From Giardia intestinalis (taxonomy: Eukaryota): a stretch of 64,000 nucleotides of DNA. The stretch lies in the NCBI GenBank assembly GCA_000002435.2, contig CM018790.1; one strand, given 5' to 3'. The notes below the pieces were generated by a model. It made no database searches. It saw only the letters and a program-made list of their open reading frames with translations, and was not told where the DNA came from. Made by a program: the position numbers and the translations under genes. This document shows positions 58,401-64,000 of the stretch, piece by piece; the first letter of the stretch is position 1; each line of letters starts with the position of its first letter.

Positions 58401-61400
58401 GTGCTACACAAAGAAGACATGTCAAGCGTTGCAAACAAAGGATTCAGGGGTTTAATGTCCAGGGTATGAGCCAGGGCATCTACGGGATGAGTGAAGAGGG
58501 TTGCGAGCGGATTCAGTGAAGCGGCAAGAGTGTTCTGTATAACAGTGCCGGCATCATCTTCTGACTTGGAAAAAGAGGAAAGAAGCCTGGTGCAAGCCAT
58601 TTCCAAACTCTCTAAGAACGCAGACCCAGAGGCAGTGCGACTGCAACTCAAGGCCTGCATCAATGATGACTTTATCTGCTTAAATACGTCGATGGCATCG
58701 GTTGGAGAGTGTATTTTCGCAGTAGTTAAAGGACAATTTGCTATACTGGTAGAAGTGCTGCTGAAGTCGGAGTGTAAGGTCTTGAAAAAGTACACAGATA
58801 GAAGCTCATGATAGTCTAGAGTTCTTAGCTGATTGGCCATGTATAAGACGTGTTTATGATACTCTAATTCATGGAAGTTGAGATAGTCCAGGGCAATGCC
58901 TTTAGGGCAATAAAGACAAGATAGTGCAAAGTGGTCTATCCCCAGGAAGCCATGCACACTAGTACTGGTATCAGTCGGCAACATGCATAGCATGGTGCTG
59001 TGTAGAGATAAAAACATCCCATAGGCCTGTAGCGGAAAATAGGTGACAAATGCTCGCGCATGTAATTTGTCCAGTACAGACCAGACGAGCTGGCGAAGTA
59101 TCTCCGCTCCCTTCAAGGTTAGCTGCGCAGTTCTGAAGAATCTCATTAGGTGAGCTACTCCTTTAAAGTCGCGCGATAATAACCTTGTGTGCAGATGCTC
59201 AGGGCTAGTGTTAACGGTCTCCATCTCCTCTAATGCCCTGTAGGCCCTGATATAGTCGTCCATGAAGTACTCGAAAATGGGCTGATACCGGTAGTGGTTA
59301 GATGTTTGGGTCTGATGTTGAGGAGATGGTAGAAATTTTCGTGTGCTCAGCTGTTGATCTGGCCCCGGCTTCATATAGGAATCTACGGGCATTACGGAGT
59401 TGTTGGGTAGTGATCGCAAAGAGTCGTAAATAACGATGCGGATCTGACGCAGAAACTTGAGAATATAATGTGCCTGATACGGAATTGTGACGAGGTAGAG
59501 ACAGAGTGCGCCCTCTAGAAAACCAAGAGCTTGTAGTATTTGGTCATTGGAGCAAAGCATAAACAGGTTTCTTGTTATGAGGGCTTCAAGCTTTGTCAGG
59601 AGTGCCTTCAGCTTTATCGCGAAGTAAAGAAATCGGTCGCTATACCGTTTTGGAGTTACCAAGATCCGTTTCCCCACCACATGAAACATAGGCACATTGG
59701 ACAAGGGATCGATAGATTGGTCAAAAAATAGGTATGGTTGGTGTGAGAGGACAGGCACAAGAATGTCGGTGTATTGTGGCGTGGTAGCCGGAAAGGGAGG
59801 GGAGAGTAGGGGAGGGCAGGGTGTATCGTTATTATCAACAACAATTAAACTGGTATACATGTCTCTTGGATTGTTGGCAGTTACATTTCCGACGCTTATC
59901 CGCTGCACCTCGTGAAGCCCCGATGTGCTGTCCATTCCGTACGCATTACTCAGCTCAGGCTCGAGATCAGTTGTAACGGGGTCATGAGGGGATACTGCAT
60001 TGCCCCCCGTAGCAAACTCAGTAGGGTTGTACTGTGAAAAGGACCGTACAGAGGGGCACTCACGGCTCAAATCTGGAGCATCAGAAGCATCATGATTCGA
60101 TGATTTGGAAGACGGATTTGTTCCATTTGAGGCCATAGCTGCCCGAGAAGTGTCAGTCTTAAACAAGTAGGCGTTAGAATGACTCGGTATTTGAAGCGCA
60201 TGTTCATGCTCATTCGTATTCGTATTCGGCCACATCATCTTCATAAAAGCATCCTGTTCATCTTTGATGAGCTGGTGAATAAGATATAGATAGGACGACC
60301 GCATCGTCATAAGAATAAGAAGGGCAGTATCAATGAGAAGGCATATCTTGCGGGGAAGAGAGGGAGCTTCCTGGTCAATCTGAATCAAGGCCTGTTCAGC
60401 GTCAGTGACTGCAAATCCATCGTTGCTGACCAAATCACTCAAAAGCCGAATCTTTCCTTCCTTGTGCTTTTCAAACCAAAAGATGTACTCTATGCAATCA
60501 ATGAATGCAGAATGAGTTATGTAGGAAAAGTTTGTGCTCCGTGGACCACAGAGATGATCGTCGGGCCTGGAGGCTAAGGGTGCACTTGCCTTGTTGCGTG
60601 CCTTGATATACTCATCAAAATAATATACACCTTCATACGTATCAGTACTAGGAAGTGAGTCGTCCTGAACTGTGTATTCAGTGCTGCCAGAAAGCATATA
60701 GTGCGCAACAGAGGACACTTGGTGGCCATTATAGTATCCATTGGTGATCGTAATCTGTCGCCTAAACCGCATCATGTACCCGGTAAGGCCCGGCAAAATG
60801 ATCTCCTCCAGGACCTTCAGATTGAAGCAGCGCCGCGTGTAGAAGAAGAGAATAACATTTAGGTTTTGGGGAGAAAGAAGATACACCCTTATGAGCCTGT
60901 AGAGATGTGGGTCTATATATGGCGGGAGAAAATAAAGAGGTGACGTCCGCTCCTGTTTGTAGTAGGACGACACGGCAATCATAATAAGAAGATATATCCG
61001 AGTGCCACTAATATTAGCGTCTCCAAGGGCACCACTATCAAGGTTAGAGCTGGAGCTGGAGCTGGAGGAGGCAATGGCTTTCTCAATGCGCTTAGTTGCC
61101 TTGTTGATTGCATGCCGCAGCTCAAAAAGTCTCTCAGTTGAGCCAGTTCCCTCAGGAATCCTCGTTCCACTCGAGTCGTGGTCGCCATGTCCAAATCCAG
61201 TGGCGGGTACTGCACCGCTCGAACTGCCTGAAAGAGCGGCTCCAGGGGGCTCGTCGAGCAGAAGCTCAGGGTAGATGACATCTCTCATGACATAGGGAAC
61301 ACAGTTCGAGATTTGCAGTTCTTTGCAGAGAAGGTACGAGCTCAATCTACGAGGAAGCAAGGAGAAGAAGCATCGAATGAAGCATAGGGATTCCTGGGTT

Positions 61401-63115
61401 AAGGACATCACCAAGTGCTTGTGCGCTGAATCTAAGCAACCTAGTGTCATGAAGTACACTGATCTCAGATAGCGTGGATTAAGGTATGGGTATTGACGAT
61501 AGAGGCTCATATACTCCTTTGTTTTGGCTGAAATAGCGAAGATATAATAGTCTGCCTCAGACTTCATAGAGACGGTATCCGAATTACTTGATGCTTGATT
61601 CATTTTGTCCAACTTTTCAAGGAGCTCCTTAACTGTTGGAGTGGGGGTGGAAAACGGAGGGTACATGGTACTTTTGCGCTTAGCTGCGGCAGAAGATAAG
61701 AGAATAGGGGACATGACTTCAGTAAGCTTTTTCACATCTGCATCAGAAAAGTACAATTGTGGAAAGCAATCTGTATTAAAAAAGTAGTCTCCAAGGCTCT
61801 TGCAGTGGTCAATGCAATTATTAGATGCGTCAAACTTTAAGTTGTGCCACAGACTAATAAACCAATCCATGTTTCTGTTGGACAGGTGAAAGAGATCTCC
61901 GTAGTCAGTAGAGTGCGTGTCCATAGAATTGATAAATTGAAGGATATTGTCATAAAGGATATCAACATGAAGGTACCGTGACGTCAGTATCCGTATAGCA
62001 TATATTATGTTAATGCATTTGTCGTTGGACTCCTTAACAAGGCTGTCTTTGAATGCCTTTCCATCCGAAGAGGACCTAAAGGCCTCCGAGCAACAATACA
62101 CCTCCGTGAACAGGCAGACAACACACCGGAAGTGTTGCCGAAGCCTGCTCTCATACAGTTTAAAGACGCTCAAGTTTTTAAGAATCAGATTGATAATTTG
62201 GGAGAGGGTATCGTGGTGCTTTTTATTGGAGAGAATAGAGATTGTGCGAGATAGAGTGTCACAGATTGATACGCAAAGAGCCTCCGTAGGGGTAATGTCT
62301 AGCAATCTGAAATAAGTAAACACAAAAAGGACACACTCAGGAAACAAGTACAGAGACTCCAGCAGCACAGCAGCGTCCTTCTGGTTGCTTGAGCGCTTGA
62401 TGGAGTTGAAGTCTAAGTGCAGAAAAAGCATTCTGAAATAATTGCGGGTAGTAGTAACAAGGGGGCGCAGTTCCTGGATCTTGGTTAGAAACTGCTCGAG
62501 GCGTTGCTGATTTGGGCCTGAGATAGACTGTAGCTTCTGTGCAAACTGAGCTGGCGGCGATCTATCTGAATCCACAGAAAGATGCCGTGATGTATAGACT
62601 GGATTTTCAGATGCCTCGCAATCAATGAAGAATCTGAACAGGTAGCGCATCCGCAGCCTAACAACCGGGTGAGAGTAGGCGGAGAAGCACTTTTCCACAA
62701 ACTTTAATGTAAGAGAGGGTACTGAAACTATAAATGAGCTGATCGTCTCTGGGAAGAATTCGCAGAGCTTGTAGAATAGTAAGGAATGGAAGTAGTCTGC
62801 TGGCTCTGGAAAGGCCTGACTATCGTTAGCGGAAGCCTTTTTAGAGGTGCTTGAGGTTATTCCAAAGTGCCTGGTAACGCTGTCCATGCGCTCGTAATCT
62901 TCCCAATTTTCAAAGAGTTCTCTACAAACAGTGGATGGGGGGCCGGATGCGACCAGCTGCAGGACATATTTGTCCAATTGGCGGTACACACCACGCAAAT
63001 CCATCTTCCTTACATTATGTCTTCCAACGCCACCCGACACATAACGTGGCAAGCCGAGTGACATCCCTGCGAATCTGATGGCCTCATTAGCTTGATCGAA
63101 CAGGCCGGGGTGCAT
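49430..63115 (-). CDS. Giant hypothetical protein of 4561 aa with no recognisable domain.
   Basis: It is a 13.7-kb uninterrupted ORF that is mostly alpha-helical in character with Ser-rich low-complexity patches (a poly-Ser run near 61040..61075). No P-loop or other motif was recognised. Confidence 0.6.
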   Translation of the reverse strand: MHPGLFDQANEAIRFAGMSLGLPRYVSGGVGRHNVRKMDLRGVYRQLDKYVLQLVASGPPSTVCRELFENWEDYERMDSVTRHFGITSSTSKKASANDSQAFPEPADYFHSLLFYKLCEFFPETISSFIVSVPSLTLKFVEKCFSAYSHPVVRLRMRYLFRFFIDCEASENPVYTSRHLSVDSDRSPPAQFAQKLQSISGPNQQRLEQFLTKIQELRPLVTTTRNYFRMLFLHLDFNSIKRSSNQKDAAVLLESLYLFPECVLFVFTYFRLLDITPTEALCVSICDTLSRTISILSNKKHHDTLSQIINLILKNLSVFKLYESRLRQHFRCVVCLFTEVYCCSEAFRSSSDGKAFKDSLVKESNDKCINIIYAIRILTSRYLHVDILYDNILQFINSMDTHSTDYGDLFHLSNRNMDWFISLWHNLKFDASNNCIDHCKSLGDYFFNTDCFPQLYFSDADVKKLTEVMSPILLSSAAAKRKSTMYPPFSTPTPTVKELLEKLDKMNQASSNSDTVSMKSEADYYIFAISAKTKEYMSLYRQYPYLNPRYLRSVYFMTLGCLDSAHKHLVMSLTQESLCFIRCFFSLLPRRLSSYLLCKELQISNCVPYVMRDVIYPELLLDEPPGAALSGSSSGAVPATGFGHGDHDSSGTRIPEGTGSTERLFELRHAINKATKRIEKAIASSSSSSSSNLDSGALGDANISGTRIYLLIMIAVSSYYKQERTSPLYFLPPYIDPHLYRLIRVYLLSPQNLNVILFFYTRRCFNLKVLEEIILPGLTGYMMRFRRQITITNGYYNGHQVSSVAHYMLSGSTEYTVQDDSLPSTDTYEGVYYFDEYIKARNKASAPLASRPDDHLCGPRSTNFSYITHSAFIDCIEYIFWFEKHKEGKIRLLSDLVSNDGFAVTDAEQALIQIDQEAPSLPRKICLLIDTALLILMTMRSSYLYLIHQLIKDEQDAFMKMMWPNTNTNEHEHALQIPSHSNAYLFKTDTSRAAMASNGTNPSSKSSNHDASDAPDLSRECPSVRSFSQYNPTEFATGGNAVSPHDPVTTDLEPELSNAYGMDSTSGLHEVQRISVGNVTANNPRDMYTSLIVVDNNDTPCPPLLSPPFPATTPQYTDILVPVLSHQPYLFFDQSIDPLSNVPMFHVVGKRILVTPKRYSDRFLYFAIKLKALLTKLEALITRNLFMLCSNDQILQALGFLEGALCLYLVTIPYQAHYILKFLRQIRIVIYDSLRSLPNNSVMPVDSYMKPGPDQQLSTRKFLPSPQHQTQTSNHYRYQPIFEYFMDDYIRAYRALEEMETVNTSPEHLHTRLLSRDFKGVAHLMRFFRTAQLTLKGAEILRQLVWSVLDKLHARAFVTYFPLQAYGMFLSLHSTMLCMLPTDTSTSVHGFLGIDHFALSCLYCPKGIALDYLNFHELEYHKHVLYMANQLRTLDYHELLSVYFFKTLHSDFSSTSTSIANCPLTTAKIHSPTDAIDVFKQIKSSLMQALSCSRTASGSAFLESLEMACTRLLSSFSKSEDDAGTVIQNTLAASLNPLATLFTHPVDALAHTLDIKPLNPLFATLDMSSLCSTPYDEIMLNYITDHFASALEKPSTRATVLATRPIESVPEQSAASALHSQHTTVPISVFPNASFGEKTVMHHRTLSDHGNIPTASGKLPITRTSNNTSIPGDFGSLPDCSSSILQMYGSLITPELLLLAAWTIQPSLDANFSLTSEEIARRCISEMPPELNNHLEPSTPILCKGEADFITELLVINNRLTPSLQKDEPLNSKTSSANIYQPAPMVTPLFERTKLDLSPLLAHIPFVEASCPLSTRVTQNSLGALRTVSTIISKDQISQGKTQLPLTNFVLYLKTFGSPTIFYCIIAFMVTELMEPYKLIERKLAIPLLLVLERILSLWVAVPLFISQFDELFDELGTEGIQADDPISDSTIRSCVISTICRTYAQQDKHSACDSSFLSPLLDYNVVDPSLSFMPRLTAQLLRAFDAAELQSTPSKTEFFNLMTTREKPFSYLAFKKRAAYTLRFLCRKDFLHIVKTIHERLTAVIEDSIKLISSSPSENRTLIVDIHSIQYVIELMTRLKTTIDNALRAQESVSFLLTKLNTQSLLLQFSNSYLLHHKLSTERRVFHGNLLKQILDQELPQDESKTHLRLLPRRLVASTKPLADLVHRRETIYNAFIEAQKASLYKQCSPDIYVVSNGLLMDLYMAYNVFGFCRYFRDHVDHSFATHQPLHSIYEHRNLIDAAEQDSTTSDSVLNTSSSNSDSQQALESNSRSVSPGTDTPESIIKNTNAAVDLLFEESETLFNYLESTPSLYKASPDAKLTVFLAELNQAIRNIYHYFEKIPESNPLRYPTTTDAILLTSQKGPSHEAGLRPSSLRGEMTMSTHALGSTNYYDIHNQDNLKADQLRSWEALDSMMISMCSAKSDHVAFNLKLSYLIEHVTCFISSLRLIDSIKTILNYILSKLNTVGNLSPFISSNGYYNIGTREESEKCAQYSTLSYFMSHYMPQKTSQDSSPSLFDSPINQTVRGSFKNDTGSVFLGAEVQAPEDGLTRTSQPVDLTLDESTTTVVMSVGNDHDQESCTVSEETNSHEEQAYSMRLESTNAQQQQNLSCQVSRISKLADSMTCTILLLGLASSLGSDTCPAFKNPSVLLECQMGDLRRLVLSTRTPGPSADSQNDRNYSVQSHCDSTQLSTSGLHNDPSALLIAEQSFAKRAEMPSVSSQIQGQKSKLRTHRRVISNFLGVAMTEEGTSTVALEAGAKSAHALETRHSPLSASTQKQASSSKLSKQGDEVRVTCFFDDLAIFQKLFSAHCNMTVYRELEKRAFEPHKFCSSIMNFSRSSQLSYSSICVLWILVVILMQSPSFLYKDIGQYLALLMTRGQNNSLTHQWAKILKSRMLQSSTSFSLGATQTSSLSEGLYSQFFKKFCSNIVHRAAFMAPGLLKIITGSIQSISLQKNLLMLPLREICAKFNSDFFLIKLADVYGETGNFLAMICNRPITPSLCYASIFYRYFSETAPVRAHTTDMNTQVPQVLLEYTEDAGVKPRQNYELSVIFLTELLKLANNMPDLVQSFSSNINKFYIVPIITRLFSLCIKSNHYNTLVRFTERRSEFSKVYSAISSAVAKDVHLNNLGQWKLNDRFTKNLSADFLLIEAHLSFSQGELMKPTMRRLLGITSTDWLPDFSAHRQALCRTAVETLGQLFTSGDTSGLQLSQDSLPVNIISNIPKFTAEVSEVDEDNNFLTAYDAMIEISADIFFRIFKVLSKNYSKSIFKELRRYISIYSPRYLGIRSTLSQSPLIFTTYPVQYSLCYAAKDFFANALSTEYKDSYRETYDSLEYLTDSRATGLGLPINHFPKKKYKQLKVCGRRLPDLWNDKQDSYGVDATCSRWGAFAGSNASLNCDSASSFDTYVHLSRKCHDGETGHSWDNACLGYIVESIVFLFISPAMVLVSPTSPYFIVKRSEGMTFEADAQDKPSHSILLSPELPDITDGSVDLSESGSHWTQISQRPLFPFSSNTVICDCPLSATTMVQNLHELGVSLTRDNLVSPSLGSQTENLATYAPQDHHSMQLASLIYMDPKGLGSSAIADTHSVLSGNPSSNQSIKIQDYQADESDDIETRKMISQLLYVNLHSQLPASVVSDYLLDQDAFMTNALQFVSTANAASLPALYSLLYNGVQQDPQAPAAKDARRHALSFLIQHGLTSTDLLHTKIVEYQRTEFSNKIDKLLEYIIDTRKLDRQNTNKVQRQDLCVEIYKVLGFRYLDSEFINRLILSACVLALDCSLPLNYAGSSPPCVNPQKRNNSISRKPVVPQSGYFAGSESNIPAKGARKSRALADVVFVDDKTSSTMGTVCEGQASSTNTKQQSMDLTCPSSISVNMTHTLPELDLPNPLCFNIYSIKSIEARDSVLTHVISPAIYAQLPLLRYIIDRFVSFISSTLQSKYKLPTSVDGVENDGIATSRLLTNASPRDRFYYTNHFNFLLSTHFNEIKAVDHLLCLLVNSAILVRETSINTAWEALEKSRNVLMQQCIVAFYTYLILEHHAPVSMCTPMGKSHGRLTIVTIGKVIASLLLLDIRTLLYSGFFLLGSCHRLASHFPPTGKQYFNSLIRVVRSLLLWLEQDGKIEMLQGRSSLSLTETESVPKAITSTVVHISRKTVGNKERKRLLSRLLFNIVTHTLAITVSDFSGARRSHSVSWKVYAQTNGHIHPTLMPNKCLQYEKVYTNTFERIQDDAYAIVHELLQSHPSAPKLNAQYISLIQGFSSDPDNSEIQCNVQRIEFPSTSYSASLLSEEVVSRCIRDVYYYDDEYTYIIEMCTCIDAFTALVNPKDRLNLPINTSPESQKVLPLNHPILYLWGPSPSHNEVFLRSVIYSVEILRIIFLRAKCELSFMELFGDFIDVLYNTAFQGVVTALLAVESLSNLPDDFLERKSKLRTQLPTARHLVEVSTQSLLKEGVRSLHTDEAVRILTVLVASGPMYEVPAALILLEVIRALQIQSLSQIDRETLTKRYSSPLTEAIVRHVLSLPEGKTETEMKINALGSISRILAHCFDLPPSAFSHYNLP

Positions 63116-63126
63116 CCAACTGAGAA

Positions 63127-64000
63127 TTAAAATTTATTGAGAATAGAGACCAGGTTGGATCCGAGGCCTCCATCGCTATCTATGCCTGTCTGACGCAGAA
63201 CCTTTAGGGCAAGCTTCCCACTGATAGGACCCTCCTTCTCAGCAAGCCCAGCAGCGCAGTCTAAGTGCCCCAACGAGCAAGCGAAAACAAGTGCGGTCCA
63301 GCCTCCGTATGTGGGGTTACTTGCAGGGACTGATATACCACACTCTGCACGGAGCGCCTTAAGACACTGAAAATCGCCGCTCCGCGCAGCCAGCATTAGG
63401 GCTGTGACACCTTCTCCCAGCTCATGGGCTTTGGTAGTAGCAAGGCCGATTTCCGTCAAGGATCGAGACGATTCTATGGCAATATCCTTCTCGGAAGCAG
63501 AGAGCAGTGTCCGTACCACGTTGTAGTGGCCTGCTTGAGCTGCAAGCATTGTGGCTGTGCTGCCATCGAAGGCTTGATGCCCCAATTCGTAGGGGGCTAG
63601 AGCAGCAACAGACTCAGTAGACCCCCGCTTGGCTGCAAACATAAGGGCGGTGTATCCACCCACGCTGTCGGATATTCCTGCCTCCTTCTCTGCGAGCTCA
63701 GCGACACACTCCGAGGCCCCTGATGCAGCCGCATACATTAGGGCAGTGACGTTGTTGCACAATAACCCACAAATGGAGAGAGTTGTGGGAGAATGCTGCA
63801 AGGCCCTGTTCTCTGCATCCTTAAGAAGTTGAACAGCCTCAACGAATCCATTCCCTGCCGCGATCATAAGCGCCGTCCGCCCCTCGCTATTTTCAAGGCC
63901 TGCCTGTGCCTTGAATTTATTCACAGTGCGATAGTCCATGCGGTCGCATCCCAGCATAAGTTGCGTATTCTTAGTATCATCAAGTATGACGTGATTTCCC
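63127..64000 (-). CDS. Ankyrin-repeat protein (Protein 21.1-like), partial; the frame continues past the window end.
   Basis: At least six ANK repeats are visible (GRTALMIAAGNGFVEAVQLL; TALMYAAASGASECV; YTALMFAAKRGSTESV; STATMLAAQAGHYNVV; VTALMLAARSGDFQCL; WTALVFACSLGHLDCA). The frame stays open upstream of the M at 63957 to position 64000. Confidence 0.7.
   Translation of the reverse strand, partial: GNHVILDDTKNTQLMLGCDRMDYRTVNKFKAQAGLENSEGRTALMIAAGNGFVEAVQLLKDAENRALQHSPTTLSICGLLCNNVTALMYAAASGASECVAELAEKEAGISDSVGGYTALMFAAKRGSTESVAALAPYELGHQAFDGSTATMLAAQAGHYNVVRTLLSASEKDIAIESSRSLTEIGLATTKAHELGEGVTALMLAARSGDFQCLKALRAECGISVPASNPTYGGWTALVFACSLGHLDCAAGLAEKEGPISGKLALKVLRQTGIDSDGGLGSNLVSILNKF

Noticed and set aside
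1-64000. Prokaryotic interpretation (operons, defence islands, CRISPR, toxin-antitoxin).
   Set aside because: Multi-kb ORFs of up to 4561 aa, a cyclin, a ubiquitin E2, RNA polymerase III subunit RPC25, Noc2, ERCC1, ankyrin and EGF-like repeats, and AGTRAAY poly(A) motifs show this is eukaryotic (Giardia-like). I see no direct-repeat/spacer arrays and no phage or integrase genes.
1-64000. Spliceosomal introns (Giardia-type GTATGT ... CTRACACACAG).
   Set aside because: I found no match to the conserved 3' branch/acceptor motif on either strand. All called genes are continuous ORFs.

Overview
This is a eukaryotic window, not a prokaryotic one. It is about 50% GC, essentially intron-free and roughly 90% coding. 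Huge uninterrupted ORFs (4561, 3610, 2190, 1760 and 1451 aa) sit on both strands, and gene spacers run from 1 to about 200 nt. Three things point to a diplomonad (Giardia-like) chromosome segment, which is an inference from gene content: a CxxC/EGF-rich 'high-cysteine membrane protein' gene with a signal peptide and one C-terminal TM, several ankyrin-repeat (Protein 21.1/NEK-like) sequences, and AGTRAAY-type poly(A) motifs right after stop codons. I call 22 protein-coding genes. The best-supported identifications are GDP-mannose pyrophosphorylase carrying a large RS/Ser-rich insertion, ERCC1/Rad10, PDCD5, a mitotic cyclin, a ubiquitin E2, RNA polymerase III subunit RPC25, a Noc2-like protein, an SDR reductase and a Sm-like protein. 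Others are a Puf-family repeat protein, a two-domain membrane class III nucleotidyl cyclase, a 1760-aa protein with a Dbf4-type zinc finger, and a kinase-like protein with degenerate catalytic motifs that runs off the window start. Two giant proteins (3610 and 4561 aa) and several smaller ones have no recognisable domains. I see no rRNA, tRNA, CRISPR array, transposon or prokaryotic defence system. The only sizeable non-coding stretch (3884..5499) holds frameshifted remnants of a NEK-kinase/coiled-coil/ankyrin gene. Caveats: the ORF track labels TTG and GTG starts as M, so I moved several starts to the first ATG. My hand-indexed coordinates for motifs can be off by 1-2 nt. All homology calls come from reading the translations, not from searches.
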